Positions 1 through 9,878 are shown, counted from the stretch's first letter. The stretch: 64,000 nucleotides of DNA from a bacterium (GCA_021781705.1 JAJXWI010000004.1:6010-70009); one strand, 5' to 3'. Notes: generated from the sequence alone by a model not told the origin. Numbers and translations are program-made.

Positions 1-28
1 TGGAGGTATTTGCTAAAGGATTAAATTT

Positions 29-559
29 TTATTCGTCAGCACTTTTGAGACGGTAGCAGAATATTATTATCGCAGCGGCAAGGGTAAAAAGTGAATATGT
101 ATACGGGACGGTTTTAATATGGCGCAACAGTGTTAGCGCTCCATCCAGAGGGGGCATCCAATAAAGAGGCAAGCATCCGATAGTAGAGTACAAAAAAGAC
201 CAAAAAATAAGGAATAGAAATTTCTTTCTCAGCGGGTTGTCTGTAATTCGTTGAGAGTCTGTATTAAATTTTAATACAACAAAAATTGCTATGGCTAAAG
301 TTAATCCTGCAATTGTTGTCGCATTTTTTTCGACATATAAATAAATGTCTAATTCAACATCATGTGGAGGTATTTTTGTGTTTAACGCAAGAATTATGTT
401 TATTATAAAGTTGACAATCGGTCCAGCAAAGACAATAAATAGCAATCTTTTTTCTAGAAGAAAAGAGTATCCTACCATCTTAGCCCATAAAAACAGCCAA
501 AACAATATGCCGAATCCGTAGATAACTACTGCCGAATAATCAACTTCTAATTGGGTCAT
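29..559 (-). CDS. hypothetical integral membrane protein
   Basis: 176-aa ORF with about 5 hydrophobic segments; no family recognised. Confidence 0.7.
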   Translation of the reverse strand: MTQLEVDYSAVVIYGFGILFWLFLWAKMVGYSFLLEKRLLFIVFAGPIVNFIINIILALNTKIPPHDVELDIYLYVEKNATTIAGLTLAIAIFVVLKFNTDSQRITDNPLRKKFLFLIFWSFLYSTIGCLPLYWMPPLDGALTLLRHIKTVPYTYSLFTLAAAIIIFCYRLKSADE

Positions 560-772
560 GATAGTTTTTGTATAAATTCGTTTATTATATAGTTTTTTGT
601 AGAAATCTATACGCCTTTTGACTTGCGCCTAGCTAAGTCTTTCCGTTTCTTCATTTATTATCATAAATAAACTTTGTTCGGGTCATTGTAACTCAAAGGG
701 AGTAAAATTTCAAATTTTCTCACAATTATGAGGAATTCTTTTTGCCATACTAAACCCATGAACCTTTCAGTC

Positions 773-2125
773 TTAATTGCTTTCAACTAAATCAGAGGAT
801 AGGACAAATTCTTTGTTTTCTTCATGCTCTTTTCTTTTTAATATTTTAGCATTCACGTTGATTCTACGGTTTTCCTCTTTTGCTATTACAGCCATAAAAC
901 ATATACCGCATGCTATAGCTATCCACATGGAGGTAAATACTGAAATCCAGCCAAAATAATCAGACATATAGCCCAATGCTACTTTAGCTAAAAGATCTCC
1001 TCCGAGGTAGCCAAATGTTCCTGTCAATCCATTTGCTGTTGCAATTGCTTTTTTGGGAACAAAATCCACTATTGCTACTCCTATCAGAAGTTGCGGGCCA
1101 AAGATCAATCCTCCCATTAGCCCCAGGCAGATATATATACCTATCAGATTTGTTATATGAGAATATATTAAAATGATAAAAGCAAGAGGAATAAAACAAA
1201 TAATACACACCATAGCTCGTCTACCCTTGAATAGGTCGCTTAAAAATCCCCATATAAATGTTCCTGGAATTGCTGCCATTTCAAAACATGTAAACCCCCA
1301 CGCAGCTTGTTTATTGGTAAATCCCAAAGAAGGCAGATAAATCGTTATCCATTGATCAAGGCCGATTCTTACAACGTATACAAAAATATTTGATACGCAG
1401 AGAAGCCATACGAATTTATTATTAAATACGTATTTTTTAAGAATCTCTGTTAGCGGCATGTTTTCAAATTGGCTGTTTTTTCCTTTTTCCCCAGCTTCTT
1501 TATAATGGTCTTCGACGGAAGGAAGGCCTGCGGCTTCAGGTTTGGAATATCCGACAAAGATGGTGTACATAGAAATAACTATTGCTATTATTCCAGGAAA
1601 TATAAACATTCCTTGGACATTCCCGGAAAAAAGGCTTAACCCTAAAAGCGCAACGGCTGCGGCCAAAGCTCCTCCTATATTGTGCGAAATATTCCAGAAT
1701 CCTAATGCTGTGCCGCGTACTTTTTGAGGGAACCATCTGCTTATTGTAGCGTATGACGCAGGCCCCCCAGCACTTTGAAAGAAACCATTAAGTGCCCAGA
1801 AAAGCATCATCATCCATATTCCGCCAAGGAAATAGGCAAGACATATATTAAATATTCCGCCAAATAAAAGTAATATGCCAACAACTTTTTTTGCGTTGGT
1901 CTGATCTGCTATGAATCCGATTACAAATTTGCCTATTCCATAGGGGATGGTAAAAGCAGCCGCGATAAGACCGATCTGACCATTAGAAAAGTGATATATA
2001 TCTTTGAGATATGGTGCTGCAATATTAAAATTCTTCCTAATCAAGTAAATAGCCATGTACCCGAAAAAGACTGCCGAATACGCCAACAGGCTATGAATGA
2101 TGTACTTTCTTTGATTTTCTTGCAT
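773..2125 (-). CDS. uhpT: MFS organophosphate:phosphate antiporter (UhpT/GlpT family)
   Basis: YLIRKNFNIA, GFWNISHNIGGA, GPQLLIG and GTFGYLGGD motifs typical of UhpT; about 12 TM; GAGGAG upstream. Confidence 0.85.
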   Translation of the reverse strand: MQENQRKYIIHSLLAYSAVFFGYMAIYLIRKNFNIAAPYLKDIYHFSNGQIGLIAAAFTIPYGIGKFVIGFIADQTNAKKVVGILLLFGGIFNICLAYFLGGIWMMMLFWALNGFFQSAGGPASYATISRWFPQKVRGTALGFWNISHNIGGALAAAVALLGLSLFSGNVQGMFIFPGIIAIVISMYTIFVGYSKPEAAGLPSVEDHYKEAGEKGKNSQFENMPLTEILKKYVFNNKFVWLLCVSNIFVYVVRIGLDQWITIYLPSLGFTNKQAAWGFTCFEMAAIPGTFIWGFLSDLFKGRRAMVCIICFIPLAFIILIYSHITNLIGIYICLGLMGGLIFGPQLLIGVAIVDFVPKKAIATANGLTGTFGYLGGDLLAKVALGYMSDYFGWISVFTSMWIAIACGICFMAVIAKEENRRINVNAKILKRKEHEENKEFVLSSDLVESN

Positions 2126-2164
2126 TTCGTCCCAATAGCTCCTCTTTAAAATGATTTAAATTTT

Positions 2165-2395
2165 AAATAACAAGGCCCCGGCCAGATCTTTGAATATAAT
2201 AAATCGATAATCTGACCATCTGGGTGGTGTGAAATCCACCCGTTCCACACTAGGTTCTCTCCGCCTTTACTCTTTCACTTTTTTATGACTTTTAATTTGT
2301 ATTTTTATTTTTTTAAATCATTTCTTTGTGAAGTTTATTCCCTTTTTTTAGGAATAAAGAATATTTGTGTAGTTATTTCTCGTAGTTCCGAAGAA
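2165..2395 (-). promoter_or_regulatory. conserved non-coding leader, copy 1 (candidate cis-regulatory RNA)
   Basis: Block-wise homologous to 42016-42333 (23/27 and 39/43 identities counted by hand); directly upstream of the uhpT-like gene. Confidence 0.6.
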
Positions 2396-2628
2396 AATTG
2401 TTTTTAAGAAACATCTTTTATGTCTATTTTTAGTATTTTGACAGCAGAAATCTGTTGCGTTTATTGACGTTTGAACGGGTGCGATTTAATTTTACCGTTC
2501 TCATTAAAAATGAGTTCAAAGTTAACGCTTCAGCCAAAATGGTACGATGATAGTTTGCAATTAGCAAAATGGTCAAGGGGTAAGCGGAGGGGGGCTTAGT
2601 AATTCTTGACAAAACAAGATGAGAAAAA

Positions 2629-2703
2629 TGGTAGCGGGGGTTGGACTCGAACCAACGACCTTCAGGTTATGAGCCTGACAAGCTACCTCTGCTCCACCCC
2701 GCA
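2629..2703 (-). tRNA. tRNA-Met(CAT), initiator type
   Basis: Reverse complement TGCGGGGTGGAGCAGAGGTAGCTTGTCAGGCTCATAACCTGAAGGTCGTTGGTTCGAGTCCAACCCCCGCTACCA; 1:72 mismatch and A11-U24 pair are initiator hallmarks; CCA encoded. Confidence 0.95.
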
Positions 2704-2801
2704 TCGAATGAAGGCTATTAAGATATTCGCAAAGAAAGATATTTCAAACGCGAAAAGAAACTTTTTAGTTATTTTTACTAGGGGTAGAATAATTTTTACA
2801 C

Positions 2802-3365
2802 TTATATGTGCATTAATTCTTTTTCTTTTGCAGCGAGTATTTTATCTATTTCAGAGATGCTGCTATCCGTAATTTCCTGTATTTCTTCCAGCATTGTTTT
2901 TAGTTCATCCTCTGTTATTTCGCTGCCTTTTTGAGCTTTTTTAGCCAGGTCATTGCCTTCTCTTCTTATATTTCTCACAGCAACTCTGGTTTCTTCAGCT
3001 TTTACGGCAACTTGCTTTGAAAGAGACGCCCTTCTATCTTCACTTAATTCTGGAATTGGGAGTCTTAATATTTTGCCGTCATTTATCGGGTTTATTCCAA
3101 TATTTGAAGCGCGAATGGCTTTTTCAATAGTTCCTGTGGAGCTGGGATCATAAGGCTGGACTACCAAAAGCCTTGCTTCGGGAGTTGTTATTCCTGCTAA
3201 TTCTCTGAGCTTTACGGTCGTTCCATAATAATCAATTTGAATATTTTCTATGAGAGCGGGGGAGGCCTTGCCAGTTCTTACTGCTACGAAATCAGCCTTC
3301 ATGTGGTCTATTGCCTTATCCATTTTGTCCATCAATAGCTCTACAAGTTTATTGACATTGCTCAT
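2802..3365 (-). CDS. frr: ribosome recycling factor
   Basis: RTGKASP, IPELSEDRR, RVAVRNIRR motifs; start placed at the ATG after AAGGTGAG. Confidence 0.97.
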   Translation of the reverse strand: MSNVNKLVELLMDKMDKAIDHMKADFVAVRTGKASPALIENIQIDYYGTTVKLRELAGITTPEARLLVVQPYDPSSTGTIEKAIRASNIGINPINDGKILRLPIPELSEDRRASLSKQVAVKAEETRVAVRNIRREGNDLAKKAQKGSEITEDELKTMLEEIQEITDSSISEIDKILAAKEKELMHI

Positions 3366-3576
3366 AAATCTCACCTTATTTATTTTTTAAAAAAATAGCT
3401 CTACTTTGATATTGTAATTATATAAAAAATATACACAAGGCGGATTTTGACAAGATTTTTTTAATTAAAATACGACATTTTGGCAATTGAAAGATTTCTG
3501 ACAAAAATGGTGTAGTATAATTAGGACTGGTATTTTAGTTATGACAAGTACTGCTTCTTGAGTTATGTAAAAACAG

Positions 3577-4386
3577 ATGGAGGGAATTATGTCTATTGCT
3601 TCTCAAAATAAAACAAATGGAAAGTTTCAAGATTTTTTTCGATCTATTCAGGGTGTCGCAGCTTGTGTTTCAGGCAGGATAGAAGTATTGGGAAATTATA
3701 CTGCGTATAATGAAGGATTAGTGCTTAGTACTGCAACTGATAAGGATTCTTATTTTTCAGCAAACCTTGTTGATGAAGAAATAGCTAAAGATAATTTAAT
3801 ATTGTGCGATTTTAGAGAATTTTCTATTATAGACAAAGTAAAATTTTCTCCTGATTATCTATTTGTCATAGTTGATTCCATGGTTAATCAAGAATTTGTC
3901 GAATCAGATTATAAATTGAGAAGAGAGAGCTGTGAAAGGGCTGTTGAGTGTATAAAGAAAAAATATCCGCGTATCAAGGCGCTCAGAGATGTTTCCTCTG
4001 TGATGCTTAAAGATGTCAAAAATTTACTGGACCTTACCGATTATAAAAGAGCTTCTCACATAGTTTCGGAAAATGACCTGGCCTTAAAATGTATGCAGGC
4101 GCTGAAGGATGGTGATATAGAACGCTTCGGTTCATATTTGTATTTATCGAATGAGAGTTCCAGAAACTACTTCGAGAATAGCTGCCATGAGCTTGACTAT
4201 CTTGTAGAACTTTCGAAATCTATTCCAGGGTGTGTTGGCGCCAGACTCAGCGGGTTGGGGTTTGGCGGTATTTCTATTCATGTCGTCAAAAAAGAAGAGG
4301 CTGACAGATACAGCGCAAGAATTGCGACAGCCTTTAAATTGTTAACGAATACAGAACCTCAAATAATTGTTTGTGGTGGCGGGTAA
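3577..4386 (+). CDS. galactokinase-like protein with large internal deletion
   Basis: GRIEVLGNYTAYNEG (GalK signature variant) and GARLSGLGFGG present; PxGxGLSSSA and CGxMDQ absent. Confidence 0.75.
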   Translation: MEGIMSIASQNKTNGKFQDFFRSIQGVAACVSGRIEVLGNYTAYNEGLVLSTATDKDSYFSANLVDEEIAKDNLILCDFREFSIIDKVKFSPDYLFVIVDSMVNQEFVESDYKLRRESCERAVECIKKKYPRIKALRDVSSVMLKDVKNLLDLTDYKRASHIVSENDLALKCMQALKDGDIERFGSYLYLSNESSRNYFENSCHELDYLVELSKSIPGCVGARLSGLGFGGISIHVVKKEEADRYSARIATAFKLLTNTEPQIIVCGGG

Positions 4387-4417
4387 TGGATTGTTTTTTA
4401 GTGGTTTCAAAGCTAGG

Positions 4418-4975
4418 TTAATTATTGAAAAACATATCGATATAGGTCTTTTGTCCTTCTTTTTCTTTTCCGAGATATTTTGCTATGGCCAAGGCAAATT
4501 CAGCCGAAACGCCAGGCCCTTTTCCTGTAATTATGTTATTGTCAATTTCTATCCTGTTTTCCGTGCAGTTTGAACTCTTGAAAGAATCCTTTACTGAAGG
4601 GTGAGCCGTATGTTTTTTCCCTTGCAAGATGCCTGCTTTATCTAGAGCTATTGGTGCCGCACAAACAGCTGCTATCAGTTTGTCTTCTTTGTAAAACCGT
4701 TTAATCATATTTATGACCGGAGCATTATCTCTAAGATTTATAGATCCTGGCATCCCCCCAGGCAGTACAAGCGCGTCAAAATCGAAAGAAGCATCTTTAA
4801 GCAATTTATCTGTTTTTACGGTTATTCCGTGTGACCCCGTAACTTCTATAGCTGAAAGGCCTGCCAGAGTTAATTTAAAGTTTAATCTTCTCAAAAAGTC
4901 CACCGGCAACAAGGCTTCTATTTCTTCAAATCCATCTGCTAAGATAAATAATATTTTTTCCATAAGATTCTCCAC
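4418..4975 (-). CDS. DJ-1/PfpI (YajL/ThiJ) family glyoxalase/deglycase
   Basis: ADGFEEIEA, LPGGMPG, AAVCAAP, ITGKGPG motifs. Confidence 0.92.
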   Translation of the reverse strand: MENLMEKILFILADGFEEIEALLPVDFLRRLNFKLTLAGLSAIEVTGSHGITVKTDKLLKDASFDFDALVLPGGMPGSINLRDNAPVINMIKRFYKEDKLIAAVCAAPIALDKAGILQGKKHTAHPSVKDSFKSSNCTENRIEIDNNIITGKGPGVSAEFALAIAKYLGKEKEGQKTYIDMFFNN

Positions 4976-5098
4976 AATTTTTATTTAGTTTTTGTATAAG
5001 ATTGTAGTCATATATTCAAAAAGAAAAAGCCCGCAACCTCGGAGAGTAGTTTTTTAATAGAATTCAGGTATAATTATTACACGTCAGAGAAAAAGGAG

Positions 5099-5764
5099 AT
5101 GACAACGGAAATGAAAACTTTGTTGGTTTCTGAGACTTTCACTAGTATTCAATGCGAGTCTACATATATCGGAAGACCTTGTTTTACAATAAGACTGGCT
5201 ACATGTAATCTAAACTGTACTTATTGCGACACGAGATATGCTTTAAATGCGGCAGATGCCAAGGAGTGTAGTGTAGAAGAGCTTGTATCTATGGCAGTTG
5301 TCAGCGGGGTATCTTTTGTTGAAATAGCTGGGGGTGAACCTCTTTTTCAGAAAAACACATGTTTGCTCGCTAAAGAACTTCACAAAAACAATTTTACGGT
5401 TCTTCTTGAGACTAACGGGTCGCTTTCTGTTTCTGATGTTCCACGAGGTGTAATTAAGATAATTGACTGCAAATGTCCCAGTTCAGGAGAATCAGAAAAG
5501 ATGCTTTTCGAAAATTTTTACCTTCTAAAAAAAGAGGACGAGGTAAAATTTATTATGCGTGGTGAGGAAGATTATAAATATGCCGTTAATATCATAACTT
5601 CGTTTAAGCTATTAAAAAGAACAAGAAAGATACTGTTCAGTCCCGTTATAGATAAGTTGCCGGTAAAGTTTTTAGCTAACTGGATGATAAGAGATAAGAT
5701 TCCTGCTATTTTACAGCTCCCGCTTCATAGGATTGTCTGGCCAGGGGTAGAACGCGGCGATTAA
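5099..5764 (+). CDS. queE: radical SAM protein, 7-carboxy-7-deazaguanine synthase-like
   Basis: CNLNCTYCDT cluster motif, GGEP, LETNGS, DCKCPSSG, QLPLHRIVW. Confidence 0.8.
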   Translation: MTTEMKTLLVSETFTSIQCESTYIGRPCFTIRLATCNLNCTYCDTRYALNAADAKECSVEELVSMAVVSGVSFVEIAGGEPLFQKNTCLLAKELHKNNFTVLLETNGSLSVSDVPRGVIKIIDCKCPSSGESEKMLFENFYLLKKEDEVKFIMRGEEDYKYAVNIITSFKLLKRTRKILFSPVIDKLPVKFLANWMIRDKIPAILQLPLHRIVWPGVERGD

Positions 5765-5832
5765 TATTTTTTGTTCTGGATTCTGCGTTTTAAGTGTTAA
5801 GTTTTCAACAAGCTAAAGTTTGTACTTCTTTT

Positions 5833-6408
5833 TTATTTTACGCAGCGATAAATAAAAGCAGGAGGAATATTTCTCCAGACAACCTTTGAAGTTTCCACTC
5901 TGTGAAAATATTTTTTAAGAAGTCTTCTGAATTTTATTGCACTAGGCAATAGCGCGCCCTGAATATAAGAAAAGGTCGTAAATATTCCATTTGGTTCTAA
6001 CGAAGCATGGATCGCTTCCATAATGATGTTTTGATCATGAGGCGGAAATGATGCCCAGGGGAGTCCCGATATTATAGTTTCTATATGTTCAAGTTCCTCT
6101 TCTTTTTTAAGCAATTCCAGGTTAGCCGCTGATTCATTATAAACTTTTATTGTTGGATATTTATCTTTGACAATATTGCATAATTCAGGGTTTAGCTCCA
6201 CTACGAAAAATTTTGCATTATATTTTTTCTTTTTTATGATATATTCGGTAAAAACTCCGGTTCCCGGACCAAGCTCAACTATTGAAGAAGATTTTTCAAG
6301 ATTTATACCTGAGGTTATGGTATTGGCTAGAACAGGGGAGCTAGGCCAGATAGATCCCACAGAAGTTGGAGATTTTAAAAAGTTTTTTAGTAAAAGAAAT
6401 CCAGACAT
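5833..6408 (-). CDS. SAM-dependent phospholipid N-methyltransferase (PmtA-like)
   Basis: VGSIWPSS, VELGPGTG, ISGLP, VWRNIPPA motifs. Confidence 0.8.
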   Translation of the reverse strand: MSGFLLLKNFLKSPTSVGSIWPSSPVLANTITSGINLEKSSSIVELGPGTGVFTEYIIKKKKYNAKFFVVELNPELCNIVKDKYPTIKVYNESAANLELLKKEEELEHIETIISGLPWASFPPHDQNIIMEAIHASLEPNGIFTTFSYIQGALLPSAIKFRRLLKKYFHRVETSKVVWRNIPPAFIYRCVK

Positions 6409-6794
6409 TTTCCCAACATTTTTTAAGTTTGGAGTGAATATAACATCTGAAAAATTATATTAAAGTAGGGATAAAGATATAGATTTTAAATTAGTGCACT
6501 TCGAAGGGGGATGCTACTAGTGTTTATGTAAGGTTTACTATTCTTTGTTATAACTGGTGTTGTAGTGTTATTATGATGTCAGTCTGTGTTTGTGGCGGAG
6601 TATTTTTCTATATTTATCACATTAGCGAAAGAAAATGGGAATATATAAAACTATAACTTAAAATTGTTTCCTGAGTTGAGTTTTTTCTGTAACACGATAC
6701 TCTTGACAAGAGATGCATTTCTGTTTTTCACTAAATTGTTATGTTTTTGACAGGATGATTGCGTTGAAATTGTAAAAAATTAGGAGTTTTAAAT

Positions 6795-7376
6795 ATGGCA
6801 AAAATAGTAAAAAGATATGCTCTATTAATAGTAGACATGCAAAATGATCTTGTTATGCCGGGGTCGCCGTTGCGTGTAATCGGGGCTAAAGCGACAGTGC
6901 CGGCTATATTAAAAGCCCTTACTGCTTTTAGAAACTGTAAATTGCCTATTTTTCATGCGGTAAGAGAGTATAGGCCTGACGGCAGTGATGTGGAAATAAC
7001 TAAGCTTACCAATTTTATAGAAAAAAACAAAGGGTTGGTTCCCGGTACTAAGGGATGTGAAATCGTAGGTGAACTCAGGCCGCTTCCTGGAGAATACAAA
7101 ATAATTAAAAATCGGTTTAGTGCATTCATGAATACTGAACTTGATTTTATGCTCAGAAGGCTTGAAGTAAATCATGTTGTTGTTTGCGGCACGCAATATC
7201 CAAGCTGTATAAGGACTACCGTGTTTGATGGGATATCTTATGGTTACCATGTAACAGTTCTTACAGATGCTACATCCGCCAAGTCTCAGGAGATCGCAGA
7301 GGCTAATATCAAGGACATGAGAGACGTGGGCGTTGAGTGCTCAGAAACCTCTGAATTTCTAAAGAAGATTAAGTAA
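6795..7376 (+). CDS. isochorismatase-family cysteine hydrolase
   Basis: ALLIVDMQND, KNRFSAF, GTQYPSCIRTT (Asp/Lys/Cys triad). Confidence 0.9.
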   Translation: MAKIVKRYALLIVDMQNDLVMPGSPLRVIGAKATVPAILKALTAFRNCKLPIFHAVREYRPDGSDVEITKLTNFIEKNKGLVPGTKGCEIVGELRPLPGEYKIIKNRFSAFMNTELDFMLRRLEVNHVVVCGTQYPSCIRTTVFDGISYGYHVTVLTDATSAKSQEIAEANIKDMRDVGVECSETSEFLKKIK

Positions 7377-7384
7377 CTGTTCTT

Positions 7385-8173
7385 TCACCCAATCAGAACT
7401 GGTGTAAGCGGTTTTTCTTGTTCCATCAGGTAAAGTTTTACATCCGTTCTTTCTAACTGGCTTAATTTTTTAGATGCTAATTCATTAACAATAGAGTATT
7501 TATTGCACTCGTTGCTTAGGTGTCCGAGCATTACTATTTTTGTGTCCTGTGTTATCAGTTCATGGAGCGCATCCATTGCCTGCTCATTGCTTAAATGTCC
7601 GTGTCTACTTTTTATGCGGTGCTTTAGATAGGGCGGTCTTGTTGAATTCATAAGCATCCCAACGTCATGATTGCTTTCCAGGATAGCTACCTTACAGCCT
7701 TTCATTCGCGATTTTGTTATATTGTCGAGATATCCTAAATCCATAGCATATCCGATGTTTATATTTTTTGCATTTATAACAAATCCTACGGGCTCGATAG
7801 CGTCGTGCGAAATTTTAAATGACCTTATAGTGAATGATTCCAGTTTGAATGTATCCCCAGTTCCGAATACAATCTTCTTTTTGCCTGTTTTTGTTTCTTT
7901 TCCTGCGTTCATTGCCTGGAAAGTAGAATGATTGGCAAACATAGGAATGTCGAGGAAGTCGGCGATGACCCTTGCTCCTGAGATATGGTCGCTATGCTCG
8001 TGGGTTATAATCAAGGCTTTTATTATATTGGGATCTATTCCGCAGGTATTCAGCCGCTTCAAGAGTTCCTTTCTACTGAACCCTGCATCTATTAAGATGC
8101 CATAATTTCCAAGCGAAATAAGTACGGCATTGCCAGAACTTCCGCTACCTAATACAGTAATATTTAAATCCAT
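7385..8173 (-). CDS. MBL-fold metallo-hydrolase (YycJ/WalJ-like)
   Basis: LGSGSSGN, THEHSDH, SHDA, LESNHD, GHLSN motifs. Confidence 0.9.
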   Translation of the reverse strand: MDLNITVLGSGSSGNAVLISLGNYGILIDAGFSRKELLKRLNTCGIDPNIIKALIITHEHSDHISGARVIADFLDIPMFANHSTFQAMNAGKETKTGKKKIVFGTGDTFKLESFTIRSFKISHDAIEPVGFVINAKNINIGYAMDLGYLDNITKSRMKGCKVAILESNHDVGMLMNSTRPPYLKHRIKSRHGHLSNEQAMDALHELITQDTKIVMLGHLSNECNKYSIVNELASKKLSQLERTDVKLYLMEQEKPLTPVLIG

Positions 8174-8256
8174 CTATATATAACAACTGGTAATTAACAA
8201 TTAATAAAATTTAAGGTTAGAAAATACAGATATTATTTCATAGTGCAAGGTGTTTT

Positions 8257-9102
8257 TCATTCTATCATACCGTAAAGCAATTCTATTTCTTCTTTCCAGA
8301 GAGTTTCATCTATGGTTTCAAGAATGATTGGCATATTGTCAAATCTTGAATCGTTTATGAATCGTTTGAAGAAGTCTAGTCCCAGATACCCTTTGCCGAG
8401 GCTTTCATGTCTGTCTTTTTTTGAGGCAAGGGGTACTTTCGAGTCATTGAGGTGAATTCCTGTTAGATATTTCAATCCTACGATATCTTCGAATTTCTTC
8501 ATGGTCTCTTTGTATTTTTTAGGATCTTTTATGTCGTATCCAGCTGCAAAAGTATGACACGTATCAATGCAGACCCCAATTCTGGGTTTGTCTTTTACCC
8601 TTTCAATGATTTGTGCCAGATGCTCGAACTTATATCCGATATTAGAGCCTTGTCCTGCAGTATTCTCGATTACTATTTTTATGCCTTTTACGGCGTCTAT
8701 ACCCTGTTCTATGCTATCAGCTATCAAGTTAATGCATTCATCTTCGCTTATTTCATTTAAATGACTACCCGGATGGATGTTTAGATATTTGAGTCCTAGT
8801 TTTGAGCACCTGAACAGCTCATCTACAAAGCTTTCCACTGATTTTTTTCTGTTTTCGCCATTAGGACTGCCTAAATTTATAAGATAGCCGGCATGAGGCA
8901 GAATGTATTCAGGTTTAAAACTATGTGCGGTTATGCTTTCTTTGAAGCTCAATACCGTTGCGTTATCCAGAGGTTTTGCTGCCCATTGTCTCTGGTTTTT
9001 GACAAAGATAGCAAATGCTTTTGCATTTATATCAAAAGCATTTTGGGCGGCATTATATACTCCGCCTTCAGTACTTACATGTGCTCCAATATATTTTGTC
9101 AT
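8257..9102 (-). CDS. nfo: endonuclease IV
   Basis: IGAHVS, HAGYLINL, HPGSH, ENTAGQG, DTCHTF, HLNDSK, DRHE, ILET. Confidence 0.97.
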   Translation of the reverse strand: MTKYIGAHVSTEGGVYNAAQNAFDINAKAFAIFVKNQRQWAAKPLDNATVLSFKESITAHSFKPEYILPHAGYLINLGSPNGENRKKSVESFVDELFRCSKLGLKYLNIHPGSHLNEISEDECINLIADSIEQGIDAVKGIKIVIENTAGQGSNIGYKFEHLAQIIERVKDKPRIGVCIDTCHTFAAGYDIKDPKKYKETMKKFEDIVGLKYLTGIHLNDSKVPLASKKDRHESLGKGYLGLDFFKRFINDSRFDNMPIILETIDETLWKEEIELLYGMIE

Positions 9103-9374
9103 CGTTAGTCAACTGTTAGATATTAATGTTTCTGTCGTATTAATCAATAGCCCGTAGGCTGCAGACTATAGACTGCGGATTTTTTTCAGCTAATAACTTA
9201 TGCTGCTGCCCAATTTATACAAAACATTTTTTGAATCTTTATCCATAAGATCCTCTTGAAAAATAGAGGCTCTTATCTTTGTTATTTTATGTCCTTGACA
9301 AAGGGATTACTTTAATTAGAATGACTGTGACGTCGAAAAATATCATGATGAATCTGAACGAATTTGAAGATTAG

Positions 9375-9878
9375 GTGAGGAGTAATATGAAGATTAAAAA
9401 AGTCAATAGGTTTCTATTTGTATTAATAATTGGCTTACTTGCGAGTAGCGTGTCTGTAATGCATGGCAAAAATGTAAAAATAGATCTAAAGGATGATATG
9501 AAAAGAATTGAGTTAGTCCTAAATGTACCACAATATCTTGCGATGACTAGATCAGATGAGTCTGTAATTGTCGAAGTATTCGACCTACGCAATGAGACGG
9601 TAAATACCGTCCAAATAGTACAGAAAGGCAATGGCAGCCTTGAGAGTATTCCAGACCAATATTTTGAAATTATAAGCCCTGCTAAATACATTGACTCGTC
9701 AAATGTTTATATGATATCATTCACTACAGCTTCTCGATCATCCCAATCAAAAGTGAGAATTTTTGAAATTTCCAAAAACACAATTTCCTATGACGATTCT
9801 CTTTTTTCCTGTAAAAGGATTGTTTCTTTTTTATCTTTTACTAAGGTTATAAACTACCGTCCCATAGATATAAAATGA
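9375..9878 (+). CDS. hypothetical exported protein
   Basis: Basic N-terminus then hydrophobic signal-like segment; likely start is the ATG at 9387 after GAGGAG. Confidence 0.6.
   Translation: MRSNMKIKKVNRFLFVLIIGLLASSVSVMHGKNVKIDLKDDMKRIELVLNVPQYLAMTRSDESVIVEVFDLRNETVNTVQIVQKGNGSLESIPDQYFEIISPAKYIDSSNVYMISFTTASRSSQSKVRIFEISKNTISYDDSLFSCKRIVSFLSFTKVINYRPIDIK

Noticed and set aside
2223-2265. Leader core as a ZTP riboswitch or tRNA pseudogene (T-arm-like GGTGG..AATCCACC)
   Set aside because: No GACTGGCG/CGCCTGGGC pseudoknot; no TTCGA loop, D arm or anticodon arm
2165-2378. Retron msr-msd or MITE interpretation of the AAATAAC...GTTATTT inverted ends
   Set aside because: No reverse transcriptase or transposase in the window, no target-site duplication, and homology extends beyond the inverted repeat; kept only as an alternative
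2606-2872. 88-aa ORF (likewise 32374..32724)
   Set aside because: Reads through the antisense strand of a tRNA gene
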